Source: a virus | Lineage: Duplodnaviria; Caudoviricetes | Direction: 5' to 3' (one strand) | Virus record (IMG/VR): IMGVR_UViG_3300045141_000205 | Coordinates: 1 to 61,639 of that record | DNA: 61,639 nucleotides | Part shown: in pieces, positions 54,101 through 61,639 of the stretch | How positions within the stretch are numbered: position 1 is the first letter of the stretch | Layout: each line of letters begins with the position of its first letter | Notes under the pieces: model-generated | What the model saw: only the letters and a program-made list of their open reading frames with translations | The model's database searches: none | Told to the model about the DNA's origin: nothing | Translations under genes and position numbers: made by a program

Positions 54101-55345
54101 TCAGCGGCCCCTCTGCTGGAACAGAGTGTTCTTGTCCTCGACCGGGGCGTTGGCCAGTTCGTGCTGCGGGTCCCCGGACCGCTGGTACCACTCCGGCTTG
54201 GGGGCCTTCGGGCTGTACACCGGGGGCTGGGCGGCCTCTGGGGTCCGATCTGCGGGCCGGGCGGGCCGGACCGGCGCCAGGGGCTCACCGGTGCCCTCCG
54301 GACGCACTGGGGGCACCACAGCGAGGTACCTGGAGGCCTTGCGGGCCAGCCTGGCCACCACCGAGCGCGACAGGCTCGGGTTGGCCCTGCGGATCAGGGC
54401 GGTGGCCTGGGCCAGGTTGTTGCCACCCGTGGGGACGGCACCACCAGCAGGAGCACCGGCACCGCCCATGCCGCCCATGCCGCTGGTGTCCGGGTAGCCA
54501 GCGGTCGGGTCGCCTCCGGTGGCACCCTCGTTGGCGCCGAAGCCGGTGCTGTCGGGCAGGTTGGCGCCGTTGATGTCGGGCGGGAAGTCCATCGGCGCCC
54601 CGGGAGCCCCGCCCATCGGGGCACCGGCGCCCGGCATCTGCCGGGGCTTGGTGGTCACCTGGTTGGGGTTCAGGCCCATCGGCCCCTGCTGGATCGGAGC
54701 CGACAGCGGGGTGCCCGCTGCGGGGTCGTTCATCTGCGGTGCCGGGGTGTCACCGGGTCCCGCGCCGGGCAGGTTCGGGGTGTTCATGTCGGGGGGCGTC
54801 TCACCCGGTGTGCCCTGTCCTCCGGGGAGCATGGGAGTGCCCTGGGCGGTCCGGCGCCTGCCCAGCAGTTGGCGGTAGTCGGAGTCGTGCCGACCCACCG
54901 GCTCCCCGCCTTGCAGGTCCCGCTCCGCGTGCAGTTGCCTGGCCCAGTCGTCGGTGTCGATGTCGTCGGCTGACCAGCGGTGGTCCCGCAACTCCTGGTG
55001 CAGCGGGTGGTCCGACGGCAGGGACCGGATGTACGACCCGAGCAGGTGCGAGGTCTCGGTGGGGTGCCGGGAGTTGTTCACGATCGCGTGGATGTCGTGG
55101 TAGGAGCCGCTGTCGTTCTCCAGGTGCATCTGGGCGGCCTCGGTGGCGTACTCGGTGGCGTGCTCCCGGCCCTCGGCCTCGCACGGCCTGTGCGGGGCTC
55201 CACCCACGGTGTAGGGCCTGCCCTCGTTCATGCCAATGGTGGCGTCGCTGCCGCAGTCGTTGCAGTAGGCCATCCAGTGGTCGGGATGGTCGTCAGGGTG
55301 GTGCTGCTCCCAGGGTCCGAGGTCGTGGCCGTTCTCCCGGGCCAT
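54101..55345 (-). CDS. Hypothetical head-region protein (His-rich N-half, Pro/Gly-rich C-half)
   Basis: 414-aa ORF with consistent codon bias. Confidence 0.65.
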   Translation of the reverse strand: MARENGHDLGPWEQHHPDDHPDHWMAYCNDCGSDATIGMNEGRPYTVGGAPHRPCEAEGREHATEYATEAAQMHLENDSGSYHDIHAIVNNSRHPTETSHLLGSYIRSLPSDHPLHQELRDHRWSADDIDTDDWARQLHAERDLQGGEPVGRHDSDYRQLLGRRRTAQGTPMLPGGQGTPGETPPDMNTPNLPGAGPGDTPAPQMNDPAAGTPLSAPIQQGPMGLNPNQVTTKPRQMPGAGAPMGGAPGAPMDFPPDINGANLPDSTGFGANEGATGGDPTAGYPDTSGMGGMGGAGAPAGGAVPTGGNNLAQATALIRRANPSLSRSVVARLARKASRYLAVVPPVRPEGTGEPLAPVRPARPADRTPEAAQPPVYSPKAPKPEWYQRSGDPQHELANAPVEDKNTLFQQRGR

Positions 55346-55392
55346 TCGTTCGGCCTCGTCCTTCTGCCGCTGTGCGCCCGCCTGTCGCGGGC

Positions 55393-57018
55393 TCAGCCGA
55401 AAGGGCGACTCCCCTCCCTCACCTGTGGGGACGTGGTGTGACCACCCGGGTTCTCCGGCTGCGCCGAGCCGCCGCCCTGCTGCATCGCCGCATCCATGGC
55501 CGAGTTGTTCGGGTCCATGAACTGCTCGGTGGTCTCGTGGTGGCTGGGCGTCGGTGGAGCCGAGGTGTCGTAGAGCAGGGCCAACGGGTCCTGGCCGTCC
55601 TCCAGCGCCTGCCGGATCAGGGCCAGCCTCTGGTCGAAGGACGCCAGCAGCAGCAGCGGCGCCAGTTCGGCCAGCCCCGCAGCGGCCCCCTCACCTGCGG
55701 CAGCAGCACCGGCAGCCTCGCCAGCACCGGCAGCAGCGCCACCCCCGCCCATGCCCGGGATCTTCGGCATGCCCGGGAGGCTCGGCAGGTGCATGCTGCC
55801 ACCACCACCGGGCTTCGCGCCTCCCTGGTTCTGGGACTGCTGCGGCGAGTCGCTGGTGCCGTCACCGGTCATGTCGTCGACCGGCACGGCGGTCTTCCGG
55901 GCCGACTCCTTGCGGGTGCCAGAGCCTCCGCAGTGGACGCAGTTCAGGTTCCGGTGGTTGAGGTTCTTGCCGGTGCCGTCGCAGTGGTGGCAGGCGTCCG
56001 ACTCGGACTTGCTGGCCTCGTGGTCCAGGTCCCCGAAGCCGCGCTGGATGTCGCGGCAGCCCGGGATGTAGTCGCCCGGCTCGGGCTTGTCCATGCCGCA
56101 GTGCTTGCAGTAGCCCAGCGGGCTGGTGAACTCGTGGCCCTTCTGGTCCCGGGCCTCGGTGGGGATGTCCTGGGAGCACTCCTGGCACCGGCCATACCCG
56201 TCGTCCTCGTGCTGGTGGTTCTCGGGGTACTCGTGCGGGTCCCTGGCCGACTCCTTGCCGCCTGCGTCCTTGTTGCCGTGCCGGTAGCCGTGGCCGTACA
56301 GGATGGCCTTGTCCCGGCCCCCGTAGCCCTTGTAGTCGGTGCCGGAGCGCCCGTGGTCGTAGCCCTCGTTGTAGTAGTAGATCGGGTTGCTGCTGGTGCC
56401 GTTCAGTTGCAGGTCGTCCACCGAGTCCGGGTCGTAGGAGGGTCCCCGCTTCCCGGCCTCCTTGGCCGAGGTCTTGCCCTTGTAGGTCGTGTAGACCTCC
56501 TCGGCCTTCTCCCCGCAGTTGGGGCAGTCCATGTGCTCGCTGGTGCTGGTGGAGGTCTTGCCGCAGTTGACGCAGTCGTGCTCCCACTCGTCGCGTCCGG
56601 CTACCTTCCGAGAGGTGATCTTGGAGGCCGACCGGCGCACGTCGGGCTGGTAGGACTCGCACCCGCACGGGCACAGCCCGCCCTTGCGGTGGGAGGGGTT
56701 GGCATGGCCACAGTTCTTGCAGGAGAGCGCCCCGGCAGCCTCATGCTCCGAGGCTGACTCTTTTGGGTGGAGGGCCTCGAACGCGGTCCTGAACTGCGCG
56801 GTGACATCCTCAAACGACACACCGTGCCGGGCCGCGATCGAGGCCAACCGGTCCTCGCTCAGCGCCAGCCGGTGCCCGAACTCGGCATCGGACTGGGCCA
56901 GGGCCAGGAACGCCCAGCAGTCCTGGGCCTCCACCTGGGCCGAGGTCACTGCCCGCAGCGTGGCCTCTGCCTCGGCATCGTCCCCGGCCCCGTCGAAGAG
57001 GCTCGCGAAGGTCTCCAT
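55393..57018 (-). CDS. Modular Zn-ribbon head-region protein with Gly/Ala hydrophobic segment
   Basis: Multiple CxxC modules separated by KESA/KEA/HEA; GAAAGLAELAPLLLLA. Confidence 0.7.
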   Translation of the reverse strand: METFASLFDGAGDDAEAEATLRAVTSAQVEAQDCWAFLALAQSDAEFGHRLALSEDRLASIAARHGVSFEDVTAQFRTAFEALHPKESASEHEAAGALSCKNCGHANPSHRKGGLCPCGCESYQPDVRRSASKITSRKVAGRDEWEHDCVNCGKTSTSTSEHMDCPNCGEKAEEVYTTYKGKTSAKEAGKRGPSYDPDSVDDLQLNGTSSNPIYYYNEGYDHGRSGTDYKGYGGRDKAILYGHGYRHGNKDAGGKESARDPHEYPENHQHEDDGYGRCQECSQDIPTEARDQKGHEFTSPLGYCKHCGMDKPEPGDYIPGCRDIQRGFGDLDHEASKSESDACHHCDGTGKNLNHRNLNCVHCGGSGTRKESARKTAVPVDDMTGDGTSDSPQQSQNQGGAKPGGGGSMHLPSLPGMPKIPGMGGGGAAAGAGEAAGAAAAGEGAAAGLAELAPLLLLASFDQRLALIRQALEDGQDPLALLYDTSAPPTPSHHETTEQFMDPNNSAMDAAMQQGGGSAQPENPGGHTTSPQVREGSRPFG

Positions 57019-57027
57019 GACTGGTTC

Positions 57028-59295
57028 TCACTCTCCCTGGTGGGACTGGAGCAGGTTGGCCTGCACCGTGCGGCGGAAGGCCCGGGTCTGCGGGCTCAGG
57101 TGCTGGTAGGCCGCCGCGTCCACCGGCGCCCCCGGCTGGGTGTCGATGGCGGTGGGCTGGCCGTGGGTGACCGAGAGGTTCGGCACCACCGGAGCCCCGT
57201 ACGGCTCGGCCCCGTTGTAGGGGCTCGGGCCACCAGCGGCTGCCGGGTCGGCACCACCTGCCAGCGGACCCGGACGACCCGGGCCGTTGATCGGCGTGGA
57301 GCCGGTCGGGCTGGGGCTGGTCGACGGTGAGATCGAGTCCAGGTCGGTCATGGTGGCGGCGGTGGCCTGGAGGCCCTGCTCGGGACGCAGGTAGCAGCCC
57401 TCGACCTGGAAGCCCTGGAGGTCCTTGGCGGCCCGCTTGGTGAACTCGCGGTGCATCCGCAGCCGCTTGATGTAGTGCCGGTCCTGGTACTTGGTGGCGG
57501 CGGCCTCGTGGGCCTTCACCCAGTCGGCCTGGTGGTCGGGATTGTCGGACATCCCGGCGTACAGCCCGGCCTCGAACGGCACCGAGCCCTTCTTCACCAG
57601 CGGCTTCTTCGGAGTCCACTTGGCGGCGTACCGGTAGCCCTTGGCGAACTGCGGGTCCGAGGTCTCCATCGGGGAGGTGAAGGACGCCGAGACCTGGATC
57701 GACTGGACGCTGGCCGTGGCCTGGAGCGACCCGGCGTGGGTCTGGTAGGAGCCGATCCCACCCGCGCCCGGGGGCAGCATCCCAGGCTGGGCGCCACCGG
57801 TCGGGTCGGCCTGAGCGGCGTCCCCGTAGCCCTGCGCGTGACCCCGCACGAAGTCGGGTGCGCTGCTGGAGGCGTCGTTGTAGGTGGGCGCCTCGTCCGG
57901 CCAGTCGGAGGCCCCCTCGGCCACCCCCTCCTGGTAGGTGCCGGTCGGCGGCTCGGGGGTGGTGTACGGGCTGTTGGCGACCTCGGGCTGCGGCATCTCG
58001 TGCGGCTGCGACCACTGGTCGGCCCGCTTCTGGAGGGTGGCGGTGAACGCCCGGACCTCCTTGCGCTCGATGTCGGTCAGGTCCTCGTACGGCCTGTCCA
58101 TCAGACCCGCGACGTAGGCGGCCCGACGCTGGAACGCAGCCAGGGATGCCGAGTGGCCACCCCCGGACTCCTGCTTCTTCTGGTCCTCGGACTCCTGGCC
58201 CCCGTCGAGCAGCCACGGGTAGGCCACCTCGGTGGGCAGCGGCTCGGGCCTGGGGTTCTCCTGGGAGTCGACGACCTGCTGCACCTGGTCGAGCCCGGAG
58301 GCGGCCTCCTTGTCGAGAGGCTCGCCCAGTTTGTGACCACAGCGAGCACACTTCTCACCAGCCGGAGGCGGTCCACCGCAGTTGGGGCACTTCCCGGCCT
58401 CCTTGACCAATGCCTCCTTGTCGAACTGCGCGATGAAGTCGTCGAGGTTGCCGACGTGGCTGATCGCCAGGCTGGGCTCGAAGAGAGCAGCGGTCTTGCC
58501 GTGGCTGCATGTGCACGAGCCGCCCGAGCAGTCGGCGCAGGAGCCGTCAGCGCAGGGCACGCAGGAGCCGCCGCCACTGGACTCACCCTGGGTCGAGCCG
58601 GGGCTGGCCTCGACCGGAGCCGGTCCTGCGAACTCCTGGGACTCGTCGTGGTGACTCGGGTCCGGGGGCGCCACCTGCTGGCCGGAGTTGCCCTCGATCT
58701 CCTGGATCAGCGGCGCCCGCTCGGAGGTCTCGGTGCCAGAGACGCCCTGGTTGATCGGGTGCACCTCCGGCTGGAAGGTGTCGAAGACATCCTGCGGCAG
58801 CGGGGTGGTCTTGGGGTTCTCGAAGGAGTCCACCTGCTGCTGCACCTGGTCCAGGCCCGAGGCGGCCTGGGTGCGCAGGAAGCCCACGTAGTCCATGAAC
58901 TGCCGCTCGGCGGCCTCGGACTGCTCGCCGTACCGGCCTGCGGTGTGCCGGGCCATCCCCCTAGCCTGCTCGGTGAACTCCTCGGGGTCGGACTTCACCT
59001 CGTCGCTGGTCCGCCCGAACCACATCGCCGCCTCGGCGCTGATCTCGTTGGCGTAGTCGTCGTAGGAGGCCTGCACCTCCCCCAGCCAGTCGGTCTCGGC
59101 GGTGGAGCGCTCGTGCACCGCCACCGGGCTCAGCGTCTCCCGGATGATGGTGTCGGTGAGGTCGATCGAGTCGGCCTGCGCCTGCATGGCAATCCGGTCC
59201 CGGTCGTAGGCGTCGAGTTGACTGACCAGCGCCGCCTGCTCGGCAAGCGTGGCTGCCTTCTGGATGCTCTGGACGATCTCGTCTCGCTGGCTCAC
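57028..59295 (-). CDS. Head-region structural protein (755 aa) with internal duplication
   Basis: GAGGAG RBS and GTG start; two copies of AASGLDQVQQxVDS. Confidence 0.7.
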   Translation of the reverse strand: MSQRDEIVQSIQKAATLAEQAALVSQLDAYDRDRIAMQAQADSIDLTDTIIRETLSPVAVHERSTAETDWLGEVQASYDDYANEISAEAAMWFGRTSDEVKSDPEEFTEQARGMARHTAGRYGEQSEAAERQFMDYVGFLRTQAASGLDQVQQQVDSFENPKTTPLPQDVFDTFQPEVHPINQGVSGTETSERAPLIQEIEGNSGQQVAPPDPSHHDESQEFAGPAPVEASPGSTQGESSGGGSCVPCADGSCADCSGGSCTCSHGKTAALFEPSLAISHVGNLDDFIAQFDKEALVKEAGKCPNCGGPPPAGEKCARCGHKLGEPLDKEAASGLDQVQQVVDSQENPRPEPLPTEVAYPWLLDGGQESEDQKKQESGGGHSASLAAFQRRAAYVAGLMDRPYEDLTDIERKEVRAFTATLQKRADQWSQPHEMPQPEVANSPYTTPEPPTGTYQEGVAEGASDWPDEAPTYNDASSSAPDFVRGHAQGYGDAAQADPTGGAQPGMLPPGAGGIGSYQTHAGSLQATASVQSIQVSASFTSPMETSDPQFAKGYRYAAKWTPKKPLVKKGSVPFEAGLYAGMSDNPDHQADWVKAHEAAATKYQDRHYIKRLRMHREFTKRAAKDLQGFQVEGCYLRPEQGLQATAATMTDLDSISPSTSPSPTGSTPINGPGRPGPLAGGADPAAAGGPSPYNGAEPYGAPVVPNLSVTHGQPTAIDTQPGAPVDAAAYQHLSPQTRAFRRTVQANLLQSHQGE

Positions 59296-60947
59296 AGCGG
59301 TGTCTCCTCTTCGTTTCCAGCCACCATGGCTGCATGCCGGGCAATCACGCCCCGGGGGTTGTTGACGCTGGACTGTCTCGGAAGGTTGAGTTGCCGGGGA
59401 GAGTCAGAGAACGCCCGACCTCCCGCGCCCCCGAAGGCCTCGGTGTAGCCGCACTTGAGACACCGGTACTTGTCGCCCTGCCGGGCCAGTGTCCCGGTGT
59501 TCCCGCAGGACGGACAGGAGTTGCTGGGGGCCTGGTTGGACCCGGCGTCACCGGGGTGCAGCGGCATCTGGGCCATGTTGCCGCCCGGGGTGCCCAGGTC
59601 CGGGATGGCCTGCTGCTGGGAGTTCTGCGGCATCACCGTGAACTTGGTGTCGTACGGGACCACCGTGGTGCCCGCGTCGGTGTCGACGTAGTAGTGCTGC
59701 GGGCTGTACTCGTGGCGCCGGATGTTGTTGACGGTGACGGTCTGCCCGGTCGGGGTGTTGATCTGGTCGCCCTTGTTGATCAGGATGCGCCCGTCCGCCG
59801 AGGCCACGGGTGTCTCGACCCGGGTGGCCTCGTGCAGGCTGCTGGTCCGGGTGTAGTCGGTCCTGACGGTCGGCCCCGGGTGCTGGTGCGGAGCCTTGAG
59901 CAGGCTGTAGGAGCCGCAGGCCGAGCAGGCCGGGCCGGTGTTGGCCAGGACCGGTGAGCCGACACTCCCGCAGGCCTGGCACTCCCGGTCCCCGGCGTGC
60001 TCCACACCCGGCGACTGCGCGGTCTTGGCGCCCTCGACCTTGTGCTTGATGGAGCCGCAGTAGGCCTCCGGGTCGTCCTTGTCGGAGTTGGCCTTCACAC
60101 ACGAGTCGAAGTCGGTGTAGCCCGCGAACGGGGCGCCCTTGTGCATCGCTTCCATGGCAGTCCTCGTGAACGGGTTGAGTGCACGGATACGGGCGTCGAA
60201 GGCGTCGGCCCGGGCGTCCCGCTCGGCCTTGGTGCTGGCGTCCCGGGCCACGACCTTGCCCTCGGGCGTCCAGGTGTAGACCTTGCAGTGGCCGGGGGTC
60301 TCGACGTGACCGAAGGTGGTGGCGCCCATGCCGCCCTCGTCCCGTCCAGGTGACCCGCACTCGGGGCACGGGGGAGGAGAGATCGCCGAGGCCAGCCGGT
60401 GCAGGGAGGCGATCCGGCCCGACTCCCGCTCACCGGGCTTGGCGATGTACTCATCCGGGCAGCACGACCAGCAGTTGCTGTAGTCGGCCCGGTGGTCCCG
60501 TGCGTGCGCTACCCCTCGCCGGGCATCGGGGTGGTGGGCCTCGTTGTGGCACTGCTGCACGAAGTTGATGTAGACCTCCTGGGACTTCCGGTCCCCGGTG
60601 GTCTTGCCGCCGTGCTCGCACCGTTGCACCAGGTACGGGTCGAAGTCGGCGTCGTCGGTGACATCCCGGGGCTGGAACTCGGTCCTCGGTCGGTCGATGG
60701 TCTTCACGCGCACCCGCTGCCGCTCGGGCTCGGGCTGCCGCTGGGGCTCGGGGTCCCAGGGGCTGGCGGCGGTCTTGCGCTGCTGCTGAGCCATCTGGCG
60801 CCGGACTTTCTTCTGATCCGCACTGGGCTGACGGCGCTGGATCGGCTTGGTGGCCTGGCGCATGGGCTGCTGGCTGGGCGCGTCGTCGGAGCGCTCGGCG
60901 CTCCACTTCACACCCTGCTTCACACCCTCGGCGCTCAGGTCGTCCAT
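59292..60947 (-). CDS. Modular Zn-ribbon head-region protein
   Basis: AAGGAG RBS and ATG at 60947; PFAGYTDFDSCV...DPEAYCGSI module; SH3-like segment; CxxC pairs. Confidence 0.7.
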   Translation of the reverse strand: MDDLSAEGVKQGVKWSAERSDDAPSQQPMRQATKPIQRRQPSADQKKVRRQMAQQQRKTAASPWDPEPQRQPEPERQRVRVKTIDRPRTEFQPRDVTDDADFDPYLVQRCEHGGKTTGDRKSQEVYINFVQQCHNEAHHPDARRGVAHARDHRADYSNCWSCCPDEYIAKPGERESGRIASLHRLASAISPPPCPECGSPGRDEGGMGATTFGHVETPGHCKVYTWTPEGKVVARDASTKAERDARADAFDARIRALNPFTRTAMEAMHKGAPFAGYTDFDSCVKANSDKDDPEAYCGSIKHKVEGAKTAQSPGVEHAGDRECQACGSVGSPVLANTGPACSACGSYSLLKAPHQHPGPTVRTDYTRTSSLHEATRVETPVASADGRILINKGDQINTPTGQTVTVNNIRRHEYSPQHYYVDTDAGTTVVPYDTKFTVMPQNSQQQAIPDLGTPGGNMAQMPLHPGDAGSNQAPSNSCPSCGNTGTLARQGDKYRCLKCGYTEAFGGAGGRAFSDSPRQLNLPRQSSVNNPRGVIARHAAMVAGNEEETPL

Positions 60948-60962
60948 CAGCACTCCTTGCCT

Positions 60963-60998
60963 CACCCCTTCGTGGGGGAGACGCAGGGCGGGACATCA
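60963..60998 (-). promoter_or_regulatory. 36-bp motif, copy 12 (variant)
   Basis: TGATGTC-N20-GAAGGGGTG with no central CTGA. Confidence 0.65.
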
Positions 60999-61050
60999 CA
61001 TAGCCGCAGAAGAAGTTTCGGGAGGTAGCCTGTGGATACCCCCTAGGTGA

Positions 61051-61096
61051 AGCCCTCGGACCCAGTCGTTGTCACAGCCACAGGGGTCCGAGGGCT
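61051..61096 (-). terminator. Hairpin terminator
   Basis: 13-bp stem AGCCCTCGGACCC/GGGTCCGAGGGCT. Confidence 0.65.
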
Positions 61097-61114
61097 CTCT
61101 TTGGCCCTAGCGGC

Positions 61115-61639
61115 TTACACCTCTGGCTCGCGGACCTTGGTCTTCCCGCCGAAGGCCTCGGTCTCCCGGCCATCGACGTACTGAGGCAGCACGTAGACCT
61201 TGCAACGCTTGCGGACCTGAGACAGCCTGGCGATCCTCCCGGCCTTGTGCAGGTTGGACAGGGCTCCGGAGGCCTGTCCGTGATGCCAGTCCGTGACGTA
61301 GGCGAGTTCTGGCCAGACCATGCCCTCCGTGCCCATCTCACCCAGCAGGGAGAGCACCATGCGCTGTCGGGTGGAGGTGACCCCGGACTCATCATCACTG
61401 ACGGCTCGGTCACGGCTGGTGCTGGAACCGGAATGACCGGAGGTGAAGGACTGACCACCTGGCTCGGGATAAGGCAGCACCGGAGGGCCGGTGGTCTTCG
61501 GTCTGGGGATGTCTGCTGCCATCGCGTCGACCTCCTTCTTCCGGCTCTCCTTATCCGGGATCGGCGGGGCGGGCCAGTCCTGGTTGGCCGTGTCGTTCCA
61601 GTGGTAGACGTAGCACGGACGAGGCTTGTCGCACAGCAC
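61115..61639 (-). CDS. Winged-helix DNA-binding protein (5' end uncertain or truncated)
   Basis: RQRMVLSLL...GMVWPELA...HHGQASGALSNLHKAGRI. Confidence 0.6.
   Translation of the reverse strand: MLCDKPRPCYVYHWNDTANQDWPAPPIPDKESRKKEVDAMAADIPRPKTTGPPVLPYPEPGGQSFTSGHSGSSTSRDRAVSDDESGVTSTRQRMVLSLLGEMGTEGMVWPELAYVTDWHHGQASGALSNLHKAGRIARLSQVRKRCKVYVLPQYVDGRETEAFGGKTKVREPEV

Noticed and set aside
4041-60998. 36-bp repeats as a CRISPR array or attachment sites
   Set aside because: Dispersed, degenerate in the spacers and always upstream of genes; no cas or integrase genes seen.
1-61639. Stop-codon reassignment, or tRNA/tmRNA genes
   Set aside because: Genes tile densely with the standard code and TGA, TAG and TAA all serve as stops; no cloverleaf was recognised by eye (tRNAscan/ARAGORN not run).

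Overview
A 61.6-kb segment of a large, high-GC, contractile-tailed (myovirus-type) phage or prophage, most likely of an actinobacterial host (WhiB gene, actinobacterial-type Nudix domain). The gene order resembles my recollection of Bxz1/cluster-C-like phages, which is not database-verified. Almost everything is on the minus strand and forms the virion morphogenesis region. Reading from 61.6 kb downward: Zn-ribbon-rich putative internal head proteins, portal, a SWIM-finger protein, a 2187-aa protein with an N-terminal prohead-protease-like domain followed by many modules including a Nudix hydrolase, scaffold, decoration and major capsid proteins, an ~18-kb cluster of fibre/adhesin genes, neck genes, tail sheath, tail tube, frameshifted tail chaperones and the 5' end of the tape measure gene. 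Three features stand out. (1) A 36-bp tripartite motif, TGCTGTC-N9-CTGA-N7-GAAGGGRTG, occurs 12 times with invariant spacing just upstream of structural genes and is a probable phage late promoter. (2) The head genes look like modular polyproteins with recurrent PT(K/R)YS and (K/R/H)-x-A linkers, suggesting protease-released packaged cargo. (3) The fibre genes carry complementary terminal motifs, suggesting plug-and-socket assembly. I recognised no tRNA, rRNA, CRISPR array, integrase, terminase or endolysin. Product calls rest on motifs and synteny only; many start codons were re-assigned from RBS and stop/start overlaps.
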